Positions 37,561-50,860 of a stretch of 64,000 nt of DNA are shown here, one piece after another (position 1 is the stretch's first letter; each line of letters opens with the position of its first letter). Made by a program: the position numbers and the translations under genes. Origin of the DNA: Marsupella aquatica (Eukaryota; Plantae; Marchantiophyta). Below the pieces are notes generated by a model. That model had not been told where the DNA came from. It saw only the letters and a list, made by a program, of their open reading frames with translations, and did no database searches. Location of the stretch: contig OZ316891.1 in assembly GCA_973895155.1 (NCBI GenBank), positions 27,905,145 to 27,969,144 of the forward strand, read 5' to 3'.

Positions 37561-39478
37561 GCTTAGCTCATGAATGCTTTTGGACCCCTTTGTCTGTTTT
37601 TCTAGCTTTCTGAATGCCATATGCAACGACATCTTTTACCCCATGACTAGGCCTAGCATCTGCTACCTACTTAGGGATTGTATGCCAACGCTACCTGAAA
37701 CCCCACCTCAATCCTTGAGACTGCTGTTGCTTTTTAATGCTGTCATTTGCACTTACACAGCCCAATGCTGTCAAATTTTGTTTTCAGTTTCAATGAAGGG
37801 CAATGTCTGGCGAGTAGTAGCAATAGCGATCAACCAAGAGCAGAGTCCCAGTTTGAAGGGCGTTTCCATTCTGGTCTGTATAGGTTTCCATGCATGTTCG
37901 TGCCTATCTCAATCTATTTTTTTTCCTGCTCTAAGATTGATTTTCCATTCTCGGATGTTCCTGGCTCAGCCCTGGGTTCGAAGAGGTTTTGGCAAAAATG
38001 AGTTTTGGCCTGTTTGAATTTGGGCTCTAGATGCCATACAATACAATGAACCTGTACTTTGAAGCCATTCATTGCGTCGAGACAGCGGTATTAGACGTCC
38101 CTTGTTCTCATTGTCATGATATTACCTGAAGAAAATAAAATGCAAGCTTTTAGCGTAGATCGACTGAAATTAAGGTACCATGTCAGAAGAGACAGCAGAT
38201 AGCCTTTTGCCCCGCCTTTTGCTTCCAGGTCGCTTTTTGTTGCGGTGGTGCTTCATTCCAAGGTGACGTTTTCTACAAAAATCCTCAACAAAGTTGCTAC
38301 AAACTCACTAATTCCCTTGGAGGGCGGTTCTGATTTAATTCATGAATTCCGTATTGTCTCCATCACTGTCGTTCGCTTCATCAGTTTTTTTCTATGCTTC
38401 CTATCTTGTGTTTCCACATATCTTGATCAGCGTGAAATGATCACTACAATAATTAACTGTGTAGCTAACTGTAGGTTGTGGAAAAACCCGAAGCTGGAAG
38501 CTTAATTTAATCTTACCTTTTGTTCTTGGCTCAGCCCAGGGTGGGCTGTGCATCATTTTATGAGCTCAGAACCATTCTGCAGAGCAAAATATATCGGTGG
38601 AATATATTTGTGAGATTTAAAGAAGTTGAATGAATTGATGTCCGTCAAGATCAATACGCAGGTTCTCATTATTTGTAGAAACAACAACAAATTGTAACAA
38701 TCTTTGACAATATGAAAGAAATTGATTGTGCTCTTCGTAGGAGATATACTTTGCTCATTGTGTGTAATGTTGTGCAAGAAACTCCTTTTCCAAAATCAAA
38801 GATTGTTTCTCTGATTTGAGGTGGATATTGGAGCTACAAGGACCTGCGGGTGAGCTTTGAGAATCTCCTTGCTGCAAGGTGAGAGTCTTTCCTGGTCGTG
38901 AACTTATGTCCTCTCATAGTCTCATTTAATTTTGAGGAACAATCCATATGCTTCCGTGGCATGGGTCATCTGTCAAATTTTTACTGTGCATTGCTCAAGT
39001 TTGTGGATGGTTCACTTCATTATTCGGGAATGTCCGCATTCACAGAATAGATTGCTTTTCTCCTGCCATCCCTTGGCCACTTGCTTTGCATTTCCATCTG
39101 CATTCCGCTTATTGCTCTGCCTCTCTCCCAATCTCCTTCAAATAACCATTACCACTTACAATATTCTATGAGGAGTAGGTTGTGTACCCAAGTAAATGAT
39201 TTCCAATCTAATATGCTCAGTGTTTACCTGTTGTTGGCATGCATGTACTATTCTATTGTCAATGAAGGCTAAAGTGGGGGCTGCCTTAACGTCAGTTGGA
39301 GTACTCTACCTCAATTGTATGTACAGTATCCTTCACTTGTGCACACATTTGCTTCACATGATACTCTAGAAGATAGTATGGAAGGGTTTGGAGTGGTCTA
39401 GAACAAATTCGTATGCTGTGCAATATGACACAGAAGAAAGAAGTGCAATTGTGTATTTGATTAGGTAGTGCTGCAATC

Positions 39479-42400
39479 ATGGCTTCTTCTAGCCAGGCTG
39501 GGTCACGCAACACTGGACATACAACAGAGGCAGTTCACCATCCAACTGTGCCTTCCTTCGATCCGAGTCGAATCCAACGTCGAGATGATAATTTATGGGC
39601 CCGAGAACAGAGAGCCTGTGCTGGTAGTGCTGATCATAGAATGTATTGCCCTTGCATGCGATGCAAAGGGAATTATAAGACCACTCGAAAGACTACTCGA
39701 CAACATCTTGTTAAGCATGGTCGCTACCCTGCTTGTAGAGTCTGGGTAGGAGAGGGTCAGGACTCTTCTGATGAGGAGTGGAGAACTGATTATATACGCC
39801 ACTATGGCCCTGAGGCATTGAAAGTAGGAAATTGCCCTGAGGCATTGAAGGCAGGAAATTGCCCTGAGGCAACCCACACAGACCACCCTGCAATAGATGT
39901 TGAACAGCAGGTCAGAGCTTTACTTGAGGAGACAATGGCTAGAGCTTATGAAGAAAGTGATGAATTTGTGGATAACGTAGCTCCTTTTGATTTAGACTCA
40001 ATGTTTCAGAATGATGAGAATGATCAAAACGATCAGAATGAGCAGAATGAGGCAGATACAGCCTCTACTGAGGCCAATCATGAGGGCACAAAACTCTCAG
40101 GACCTCCAATAGACCCTGTGCCTGTCCAAGGGTCTTTAGAAGAGGCCATGCGACCTTTATATCCAGGGAGTAAGATAGATGTAGTTTCTTTTATGTTGTT
40201 GTTCTTGAACATTTGTCACAACAATCGTTTCTCAAACATGGGAGTGAATGCCATGCTGTCTTTGTTGACTGAGCATGGAATGCCAACAGAGCACACTCTC
40301 CCTAAGAACCTATATGCTGCGAAACAATTACTGCGGAAACTAGGTTTAGATTATGAGAGAATCCCAGTATGTGAAAATGGATGTATGTTATTTAGAGGTG
40401 ACACTGCGCACTTGGAAAATTGTTCCAAGTGTGGCCAGCCAAAGATGAAGTTAGTGGGGAATTCAAAACAGCCTGTGAAGGTGTTGAGATATTTCCCTAT
40501 AATCCCTCGATTGAAGAGATTGTATGCCACGAAAGGGACTTCTAAACTCATGACTTGGCATCATGAGAACAAGAGCAAGGACAACATGGTCTGGCATCCA
40601 GCAGATTCAAAGGCATGGAAACATGTGGATACAGAGATCGACCCTGATTTTGCTGCTGAGCCAAGGAATGTCCGAATGGGATTGGCACTTGATGGGGTAA
40701 ATCCATTTGGGAATAATTCCACTGCTTGGTCTACCTGGCCAATCTTGCTGCTGAATTATAATATCCCTCCTTGGCTTACCACAAAAAAATTCTTTGTCAT
40801 GCTGGCTCTTCTAATTCCGGGCCCTGAGTCAGTAACTGAGGAGCAGTTTGATATATACATGGCTCCAGTCGTGGATGAGCTTGTGACACTATGGAAAGAA
40901 GGAGTGGATTGTTTTGATGTTCTACCAAGGCCTGGATTGCCTCAACAATTCAAGCTAAGGGCTTCGGTATTGCGGACAATCAATGATTACCCTGCATATG
41001 GTTTAGTTTCTGGCCAACAACATGCAGGGTATAGAGGATGTGTTGTTTGTGGGCCAAAATGCATGGCACAAGGTTCTTCACACTTGAAAAAGTTACTGTT
41101 TGCTGGCCATCGTCGATGGTTACCACCTAGGCATCCTTTTCGCAATCAAGAAGTGGCAAAATACTTTGATGGGGAGGTTGAGGTAGAACCTGCACCATGT
41201 AGAATGTCCAGCTCTGATAGGCTACGTTGGGGAGAGGAGACAACTGCGTATGTGAAAAAGAAAGCAGGGAATAAATTTGATGATGATGATTCTCCAATAA
41301 AGACGTATGGAGTGAAGAGGGCTACTGGATTATACAAGTTGCCTTACTGGAGTGTAAGTATCTGGTTCCTGATTGTCCAATCCACTTAGTTTGTGTACTC
41401 CTATGCAGTAAAGTTCTGCATTCTTGATTCTAACTCACTTTGTATTGTACTGTCTAATGCAGCAACTTCTCATCAACCATTGTCTTGATCCAATGCATTG
41501 TGAGAAGAATCTTGCCCACAACATTGTACATACTATCCTGGGAACTAAGGATACTCCTGCTGTTCGAGAGGACATGAAAGACCTGCAAGTGCGAGAACAC
41601 CTGTGGCTTGTACCGAATAAGGATCCAAAAGGTCCTAAGGTCATGCCACCAGCCCCATATTGCTTGAGTAAGAGTGAGAAGACAAAGTTCTTGGAGGTAT
41701 TGTTGACCTTCAAAGGGCCCACTGGTTTTGCTAGTTCTTTGGCTAGGTGTGTTACAGTCAAGAAGAAGTTATCTGGGTTGAAATCTCATGATTTCCATCA
41801 CCTCATGCAACAAATTATCCCATTGGCAACTATGGGATTACTTGATGAAGGTGTTCGCTTGGCCATCGCTAGGGTGAGCAATGTGTGGCGTAACATTTGT
41901 GCCAAGGTTTGGGATCCTTCACAGTACAATGACCTGATGATGGATGTTGCATTCACACTCTGCATTATGGAAATTCACTTCCCACCAAGTTTCTTTGATG
42001 TGATGACCCACTTGATGATTCATGTAGTGGAGGAACTAGACCTGTGTGGCCCAGTGAACATTAGATGGATGTATCCAATAGAAAGACATCTGAAGACCTT
42101 GAAAGGTTTTGTTCGAAACAAGGCACGTCCAGAGGCTTCCATGGCTGAAGGCTACATTCTAGATGAATCCATAGGATTCCTTTCTGAGTACATGATAGAT
42201 GCTAAAGGGACAGGAAAGAGAACATGGGACTTGGAGGAGAATCCTGGTGTTGCAGGCATTGTCTTGGAAGGAGCTGCAAAAGAGAGAACCATGCAATGGA
42301 GTGAAATGATAGCTATGCATCATTACATACTGGAGAATGAAGAGCAAGTGAAACCATGGTACAGGTATGAGCTTGGTCCATTGAGGCATGTTGATTATGA

Positions 42401-43334
42401 TTATCATTATTAATTGACAATCAATAGTCTAAAATGTTTTGTTGTTTGTGTGGGACTAGAAGTTGACATTGGTAATTGTTGCCATGCATGTAGGATTTAT
42501 GATGATGCCAATGAGGCCATCACCAAGCGCAGAGCAGAAATCAGGAAAGAATGGATGAAGAATCCAGGGAATCGAAAGCGTCCTGTACAGTATCCCTCTG
42601 ATTTGAGAGAGTTACCTCCTTTCACAGAATGGTTTGAAGCTTCAATTAGGTCCCACCATTTTGAGGATGAGGTTCAAAGATCTGTGCTGACAGGGTACAG
42701 TGTACCACCTAGTTTGAAGGTGTTGCAATATAAGGCCTGCAGAGCCTATGGGCATCATTGGAGAACCGTTCCATCACTTGGCTCTTTGATTGACTGTGAC
42801 TCTTTTGGGTTCAAGACATTTGATTCTGGGATGGCTTCTACATTCACTGAGAAGCAAGTGAATAGAGCAGGTGCAACAATAGATGAGTTGGTGCAGTATG
42901 TGGGAGTGTTGACAGACATATTAGTACTAAACTATGGGGGATTGAGAAAGGAAGTGGTCCTTTTCAAAGGGCGATGGGCAAACCCATCTTGGACTCCTAA
43001 AGCCTCTGCAAGTATGAGGTATTCAGAGTCTGGCCTTTGGCAGGTGAATTTTCAGAAGGAGCTTGGTGCTTCCAAAAGAATGGACTATGTATTCCCACGG
43101 CAGTTAGAGCAAGTGTTCTTTTACCCGAATGAGAAGGGGATTGCATGGAGGACAGTCCTCCACAAAGAATCCAGGTCGACAAGGGTGGCCGGTGAATATA
43201 TGGAAGTTGATTTCCATGATACTATGGAAAACAATGCCAAGTATCACATACAGCTAGCAGAAACCTATACCAGTAGATCGCAGCCTAGCCCAAGTACTAC
43301 CGACAAAGGAAAAAGGAAGTATAAAAAGAAGTAA
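39479..43334 (+). CDS. tnpD: CACTA-3 transposase, spliced 39479-41353, 41463-42364, 42494-43334; about 1205 aa, frame intact
   Basis: Same motifs and intron positions as 2911-6904; the splices give a 3618-nt continuous frame. Confidence 0.93.
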
Positions 43335-43412
43335 TCAGGTTGTAGCTTAGTTACAATCAGGGTATGTTTGGTTTATTTAATTTAGACTAAAGTTTTATCC
43401 ATGGATGCTCCA

Positions 43413-46400
43413 GTTTGTGAATGCAGCCTACCGTTCCATATGAGGAGGAATGAAATAGGAACATAGCAGAAATCAACAAGAAATTGGCAGAGCTACTTGG
43501 TGACAGTCCAAGCCTTTTCATGTGTGTATGAACTTGTCCTGTTGCAATCGGATTGAATTACAGTCTTTGCTCTTATGTCAAATCAGTTTCTTCCATGCTG
43601 AACACATGTTCTCTCTTATGGTGTTGATCTATTAATGTTTGGTTTGTCAGAAAGAGTGCAGCACAGGTAGGGCCCAAAAAGAGAAGTCGTGCACATCGAG
43701 CATCTACTACAACTCAGATAACCACACAGAGAAGGCAGAGCTCTAGATTATCAAAGCTTGCGACAGTGAACATGGAAGAGTCTGGTGAGGAGGGCTCTGG
43801 ATCAGAATACGACACTGAGGCTGAGTACGCAGCAGATGATGGACCAGATAATTTGTCCAAGGTAATCTTGTTTTATTTCAATACCCTTGAAGGGAGTAAC
43901 ATGTATGTTGAACAGTAATGTCATCAAGTTACAGGTCTGGACATTGTGTGTTACTTGGCCAGGAGGTACAAAAGGAACCACAGAATAAGTCTGCAGAGAA
44001 ACAACCTGCCCCCAACAGGGTAGGGCCTACAATGAATGGAATGGTGCAATGTTGGAGAGACCCTGCCACTGGCGAGCTATGGCAAAGTGAGAAACCCTAA
44101 ACACTTTCCAATGCATTGTGATTTTTCATTTCCTCAAAATCTCAAAATTCTGTGAAATAATGTTGATTTATGTCAACAATAAGACTCATGACTTGAGTGG
44201 TTGGTGTGACTTTTAGTGGTTCCATCAGCATCCCTCGGAAAATCAGGACAGTCTGGAGTAGTGAGCTCTACTCAACGTTCAGGTATGAAGGTTCAGTTTT
44301 CTTTGTGTATTACACAATTATGAGATCTAATTTTGCAAGCTGCAATGTAGAGAACACCAGCAATCCATCCCAGCAGCGTAGGCAGTCTAGGCAGGCCAAG
44401 AGGAAATTTGATGCTACTTATCAACAGAGGAAGTCTCAAAACCTGAAGGGCAAAGAAATAGCGGTAAGACTTGAATTACTCCACAGATCTACTGTCAGTT
44501 GAGCTTTGTCCTTTCGTGGCCTACAAATAGTATAGGGCAAGGTGTACAATTTTATTTACACAGTAACTGTGGTGCTTGTTCATGTGTAGAAATTGATCGA
44601 TCATGGTGGTTTTTGCAGGTTTTTGACAATGATATTGACGATTCTCATCCAAATAAACAGTACTGGATGGAAGACCTGCGTACCGCTGTGCTTAGATGTT
44701 TTGACATTTCCGTGCCAGATTGGAACCAACAATCTCCAAAGACTGTTGAAGACGTGTGGGGATTGATGAATGCTGATTGGGAGTACATTGGTGGAGGAAA
44801 AATAAGTGACAAGAAATTTAGCAGTCACTGTCGTACATTACTGAAGCGAGAACGTCACAAGTTGCATACTTATTGGAGGAAGGTATGTGGTGCTGATCGT
44901 TCCAAACCTGGACCCTCATATTTGGATCCACAGAAGTGGGCAAGACTAGTGGATCATTTCACAAGTCCAGCATTGATTGCAAAGAGCGCTGTCATGAAGG
45001 CAAGGAGAGCAGAAGTGGTAAACATGGAGCATTTTGGCAGGGGAGGTGCTAATGCAGCAGCCAAACGATTGGTAAGAACATTCCATGATTTTACTGTTTG
45101 CTACAGTTGTCCACTAGAATCTCATATTCTGTTTGCTAGAATAGTCCATGATGTTAGCTTTCATTGACATTTATCTTGGATTGTATTTGATTGTCTCTTT
45201 CCAGAAGCGGCAAAGAGGGGCAAGTCCAGGTATAACAAAGGTGAAGGCCCCTATTCCTGTTTGTTCAGCTCCAAAGGTGGTTGTCAGCCCCTGTGTGGCA
45301 AGCGCCGAACAACCTGGTAGTTTTGTTGGGCTTGGATCCGCACCTGGATCAGCACATGGATCAGCAGTATGTAACCCTAAACCCATTCATGTCTGAATAT
45401 CTAAGTTGTTGGACTATGGTAGTTTGTGCCCAGTACTATCAAATTGTTGGACTCTAGTTGTTTCCCAACAGACTCACAAAACTAACTTGTCTGTTTGTGA
45501 ATGCAGACTCCACTTTCAAGGGATACTGCTCCTGTTAATCCACAACGAATATGTAAAATAGAGCAGAGTTTGGAGAGTTTGACATCATTGATGACTAACT
45601 TCATTGTACAGCATCAACAACAATGGCAAATAAGCCAATCCAATGATGTACCTACATCATTGCCAAGTGGTAGTAAGGTTGCTATTGAACCAAAAGGCAA
45701 TAGCAGAAAATGGTCTTTGACTTTCTCTGGTGAGTGCCCTGGTAAGTACTTGATAACTTGGCCCATTTAGACTTGCACAAAATCCAATCTCTTGCACAGA
45801 ATATGGTCTCTTCTTACAGTTCAATTTTTCTAAGCAATGGTTGTTTTGGATTGTCATAGCTTCTTCAGGAGAGAATCCTGTATCACAGGGAGCAAAGACC
45901 ATTTCTTCAGGAGAGAATCATGATTTGCAAGGAACAAATGTTGACGTGATAACAATGAAAGAGCCATCTCTTGTACAAGAACAACGAGAAGACCCAATTA
46001 CTGTCCTGCAGGAGCAAGATGATGTTGAGAAAGAAACCACAGATGTAGTGGCTAAGGAACATGCAACACCACTGAAGAAATCAAGTTTTGTTCCTGTCTC
46101 GCCTAGTGTACATCGTGTACCAGTAGTCTCTCCAAACCCAACGGCAAAGGTAATGAAATTGTATTATTTTTTTGCATAGTGAGTTTCAGTTGTGTTGTCT
46201 CTCTATCTGTTTTGTATCAGTAAATACTAATTGAAGTGTGGTTGACATTAACAGTTTATGCGAGGAGATGCTGTTGAGTTAAGAAGCATTGTGGACCGCT
46301 CTGTACTTGCATTGGCTCAAGTTACAGGGCTGCCAGGAGAAGATCGGTTTCATTGTGCCTCGTTTGAGAGTCCTTTTATTCGCGTAAGTGTGAAGGAAGT

Positions 46401-46515
46401 GTTTTGTCCTGAAGCGGCTTTGCCAATTCCAAATGCAGAGGAGAAGCAAATATGTTTAGGGGATGTGAAAGGGATGAATGCTTTATGGAATTCTAGATAC
46501 CTTCGAAAGTATTAG
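43413..46515 (+). CDS. Multi-exon TnpA-like gene of CACTA-3; boundaries approximate
   Basis: Exons paralogous to 7-10 kb: FDNDIDDS..NKQYW...KWARLVDHFTSP...HFGRGG, and last exon RGDAVELRS...GMNALWNSR. Confidence 0.75.
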
Positions 46516-46859
46516 ATTGTAGATCAGGCCAGCTCTCTTGAAATTTGGTCTCAATTTTGTTGAAGTGTACATGAAAAGAACATCTTCATCTATGATATTT
46601 GCAGAGTTATAGACTTCTGCGGAACAGTGAGGTGTTTTTTGTGTACTTGTCCACTAAAGGCAATATATAGTAAATATTTTTGTATTTCATTCATATGATT
46701 CTGAAATGTAGCACAGTCTCTTGGTATGATGGCATGGTCATAGAGTTGACATTGTTGTTCAGAGGACCTTCTCAAATTGTTGCGAAAGCATTTTTGGATG
46801 TGAGTCTCTTGTTCTTCAGTCTCTTGTCCCTAAACCCTAAACCCAATGTGACAATCTAA

Positions 46860-47605
46860 ATGATATCTTCTATGACGCCTTGGATGTATTATCGAAATGA
46901 CACCTTAAATGACACTTGCAATGGACTACCAAAATGACATTATAATTGGCTACCAAAATGACAATACAATTGACTACCCATATGACTACACGTGTAATAT
47001 TGTCTTTATCTATGTCTTTGTCATTTAGATAGTTACTCAAATATGTCTAAAATGACTCCATGTGTCAAATTAGCATTTGCCAACGTTTGGTCAAATGGCT
47101 TGTCATTTCAGATATCCTAATGACTGCACGTGGCCCATTGTTTTTCATTGTTATTCTGTCATTTCTTATGTCATTTTGTCACTTCGTATGTCCGAAATGA
47201 CTTAAAAAATTCATTAACTTAAAGGGTCACAATCCACCACGTGGCGCACTCTCATTTGTTCTATATTTTACGTCATTTACAACTTGTCTTATATGACTCG
47301 TTAAATAGTCACATCGATGAGCATTTTGACGCCACGTGTTGTGATACTATTAGTTAATGTTGCGTCATTTAAGACGTCTCTAAATGACTGACGGCCGTCT
47401 AACTAGTCATTTCGGATTTGTAGTCATTATGGACTTTCTGTCATTTATGCAACGCTTTAAATGACCAAAGTAGTTTTAGTCATTTGTCACGAATGACTGT
47501 GACTAAAATGTCCGTTAGTACTCGACCGGAAAGACTGTTTTGGACCAGTCATTACTTGGTAAAAATGACTGGGTTTTTAGTCTTTGTTGCAGTCTTTTAG
47601 AACCC
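46860..47605. repeat. CACTA-3 right subterminal ATGAC/GTCAT array (left counterpart ~31965-32345)
   Basis: Dense ATGAC/GTCAT pentamers in both orientations. Confidence 0.8.
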
Positions 47606-47949
47606 TATTTTGTACTAGTGCTCCCTCATTTCCTTGTCCCTCTCTAAACCAATACCCTCCCTCCTTTCCTTGTCCCTCTCTAAACCCTAAACTCCCTCCT
47701 TTTTATTTTCACTCCCTAAATCCAAACCCTCCCTAAAACTATATCTACATACCCTTCCTCCTCCCTCATTTCCTTGTGCCCCCTAAACCTGTATCCTCCC
47801 TCTTGGATCCCTCCGTTCCTTGTCCCTCCTAGCCCCATTCCCTTCCTCCTCCTTTTCATTGTCCCTCCCTAAAAATTACATGTATCCACCCTCCTTTACC
47901 CTCCCTCCCCAATCCCATTCCTTTTCCACCTCTTTGAAGCGCTCATAAT

Positions 47950-48485
47950 ATTTTGCGAAACATCTTGCAAAACCCCTACACCCGCAAACTCATCGCTACA
48001 TTTGCGATACTTAACTGCTCCCTAATTGCCATCATCCCCTCATCGCAAACTTCCGAAGATACCACCATCTCAAAGTTGCGAAACCAAAACATTCACAAAA
48101 TGAGACCCTAGACAGGCACAGGATTTGCGAGCCTATTACTATTGCAAGTTAGCCATATATTCCACAAACATCGCTCATTTGCGAGACAATAAGACTCGCA
48201 AAATATTTTGAGATGCTTAAATATTCGCAACCATTTAGTTTTCCGGCGCATCTCAATGAATTTGCGAAGCGGTAAAGATCGCTAACTTGTTCAATGGTAA
48301 TTGCTTCGGAAATGTTTTGCGATACCTGAAGTGTCGTAAAATGTTGCGATGGTCTAAGTTTCGCAATTATGTGTTGCGATGTGTGTAGATTCGCTAAGTG
48401 CGATGCGTATCGTATCGCAAGTTTAGCGATGAGATTAATCTTGCAAAGCTTTCTTCCTCTTGTAAAATGCCTTCGCAAAATTGGC
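47950..48485. repeat. TTGCGA/TCGCAA subterminal motif array of the CACTA end at 48500
   Basis: Many tttgcga/tcgcaa-like motifs in both orientations just inside the terminus. Confidence 0.8.
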
Positions 48486-48500
48486 AAATATGTAGTAGTG

Positions 48501-50240
48501 ATTTTTTACCTTGTCTCTCTTTATGTGCAATAGAGACCACAGTGGAGAGTTAAGAAGAAGATAACATCTAATGTCACTTGCATGGGATAGTTTCTCAAGA
48601 CAAGGCCAAAGAATTGTTAGAAGAAAATTATCTCCACCATTGGCATGCGTGTAGGGCACTGGAAATAGTCCGGTCATGCTTGGGTTGGCAAATGCCTTAA
48701 GGGGGGAGTCATCCACAAGGAGGGTGTTGGTTTCATCATATAGATTTCCAAATCCACTCCATACCACCCAAAAATCCTTCATTAGCACATTTGCCTTTCC
48801 GTTTGTAATGTCACGCCTTTGAATGCCTGTGTCAAAGGCTTCCACCTGTGTGAATACAAACTTAAGTTTCGACCGCTCCTCAGCACTGAACATCATGTTC
48901 AACATTTTCACTGTTTGATGTACCCCAGCACATGTCCAAATTGCAATGTCAAATCGGTCAAAAACCAACTTTAGAAACTCATGGAGCCCTGGCCTTTCTG
49001 TGTACATGCGACTAATTCCATTTTTTCTATCCCAATGCACTCCACTTGGGGTCACAACATTTCTGGATTTGCCCTTGCTTTGGAATTCAACTGAATCCCA
49101 AAGTATTTTGTTAAGATCCAAAATCAGCAATTTGCGCTTGATGGAACAAGGTCTTGGTTCTGCAAGTGCAACAAATACCAATCTTAGAGAAAAAACCACA
49201 TTTGAAGTTTGGATAGAGATCATCTCTGTCAATCCAACACAAGTGGCCAACCACAAAAAAAAACATTTGCATACTGACCGTATTCATTGAGAAACCGTAA
49301 AGAGGAGATGGATATTGATACTCATGCTCTAATTATTGTTAAACTTGAAGTATAATTATACAGACTATATTATATCAAATTGATAAGGTCACATCGCTCA
49401 ATCTAGACCTTGGCCAACAATGAGATCCATATTCATCAATCAAGATATCATCACCGAGTTCTTGTTGGATCTCATAATTGACATCGGAGGTACTCTCCTC
49501 TACCCAATAAGGTGCCTGCAGACCAAACCGGAGTTATCAATCCCAATTCTCCACTTCTATAAGTTGGATCTTTCTTGTGCTTTTTGTACGAGTCATTGTT
49601 CAAAATTGATTGAGCAGCATCCAACGCAACTTCAGTTCCTACATCGGGTCCACTTTTCCACACGTAACATCGACAATCATATTCAAGTGACTTATATCCA
49701 GTTGATCCTACTCTCTTCCCTTTCTTTTTTGAGAGTGGAAGGATAACGGGACTTCTTGATTGTGATCGAACAAACACCAATTTGTCATCAGAAGCGGAAA
49801 AGAGTGTATCAGGACAAATTGAAGCACCTGCCTGGTTGTGGTCGTGGATGCACTTGCTTCATTCACGGGAATGTCAACTACTTGGATGGGCTGTGGTCTC
49901 AATCCCAATGTGTCGAGTTCATTGGACTCACCATGCCTCTCCGCACCTTGATTGAGAAGGTTGTTTGAAGAAAGTTTTTCAAACGTATCAACTTCCATCT
50001 CTTGTCCAGACACTTGTGGATGGAGACCATCTCTATCCAAGTTATCATCATATTGGCCCTCGTTGGGGCCCATGGGGGCAACATTTGTAATTGGTGAACT
50101 GCAAGGTGCAGATCCAACAATCATATCGTCTTCCACAAGGTCAATATTTTCACCCTTGCCAACTCGGTCATCCAAATTCTTCATGTATGCCCCCTCCGAT
50201 GGCCCATCGTCTTTGACTAATTGGTCAGGGGTATGATAGC
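48501..50240 (-). pseudogene. FCP1/NIF (CTD-phosphatase-like, HAD fold) domain gene; last exon ~48501-49158 is cut by the CACTA end, upstream exons approximate
   Basis: KRKLLILDLNKIL...ERPGLHEFLKLVFDRFDIAIWTCA...KDF..VW...NTLLVDDSPLKAFANP...GLFP. The HAD motif I reads DxN. The frame runs into the CACTA terminus at 48500. Confidence 0.8.
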
Positions 50241-50860
50241 CATGACAGAAAACAGAAAACAAAAAACCTGTTACCAGGGGTTTATTTTCTGTTAACAGGG
50301 AAATTGTACCTGTTACCAGTAAGCTTGTCCCTGTTACCAGTTTTGCCTGAACCATAACGTGCATATCCACCACTCTAAGGTGCATATCCACCACTCTAAT
50401 GGCATAATTTTTTGGGGGGCAATAAAGTTTAAAACTAACAATTATTTTGTGCCATCCGATGGATGAAGTGTACTATCAATCCTCCATTGACACAACAATT
50501 TATTGTAGAAGATAAAAAACATGGTATTAGGAGTGTGCCTAAAGAAACATTCATGCAAATCAATCTATTTTCATCGCCAAATAGTGACCCTTAGAGTGGG
50601 ACCCACCATAGCACATGTCAATCGTGGAGTCCAAATCAACCCAATCTAAAGGAGTTGATTAAATGGACCTTGTAACGTCACAAACAAATGACAAATCACA
50701 TCCTCGAGGCTTTGAAGATAGTAGACAATTTAATCAACTTACACATTTTAAATAAAACAAGAGGTCATTCTTCCACAATGCACGTACATAATGAAGCAAT
50801 GAATATCCGGTTTCCTAGAACCAGCGCCCGACGCTAACCAACAAAGTCTCAATAAAACAA

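Larger units (their letters stand above)
31943..47620 (+). mobile_element. Complete CACTA element CACTA-3 (15.7 kb), relative of CACTA-1, nested in CACTA-2
   Basis: CACTAGTAGAAAATGGGG at 31943 and CCCTATTTTGTACTAGTG ending 47620. ATGAC arrays at both ends. Both flanks belong to the same C/T-rich tract, with CT duplicated. Confidence 0.93.
24932..48500 (+). mobile_element. CACTA element CACTA-2 (hosts a MITE and nested CACTA-3); pairing of the two ends is tentative
   Basis: Left end CACTAGTACATTTTTGG at 24932. Right end ...CCAATTTTGCG/GCAAATATGTAGTAGTG ends at 48500 (reverse complement CACTACTACATATTTGCC). TTGCGA/TCGCAA subterminal array at ~47950-48480. The flanks (GG versus AT) do not form a TSD. 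Confidence 0.68.
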
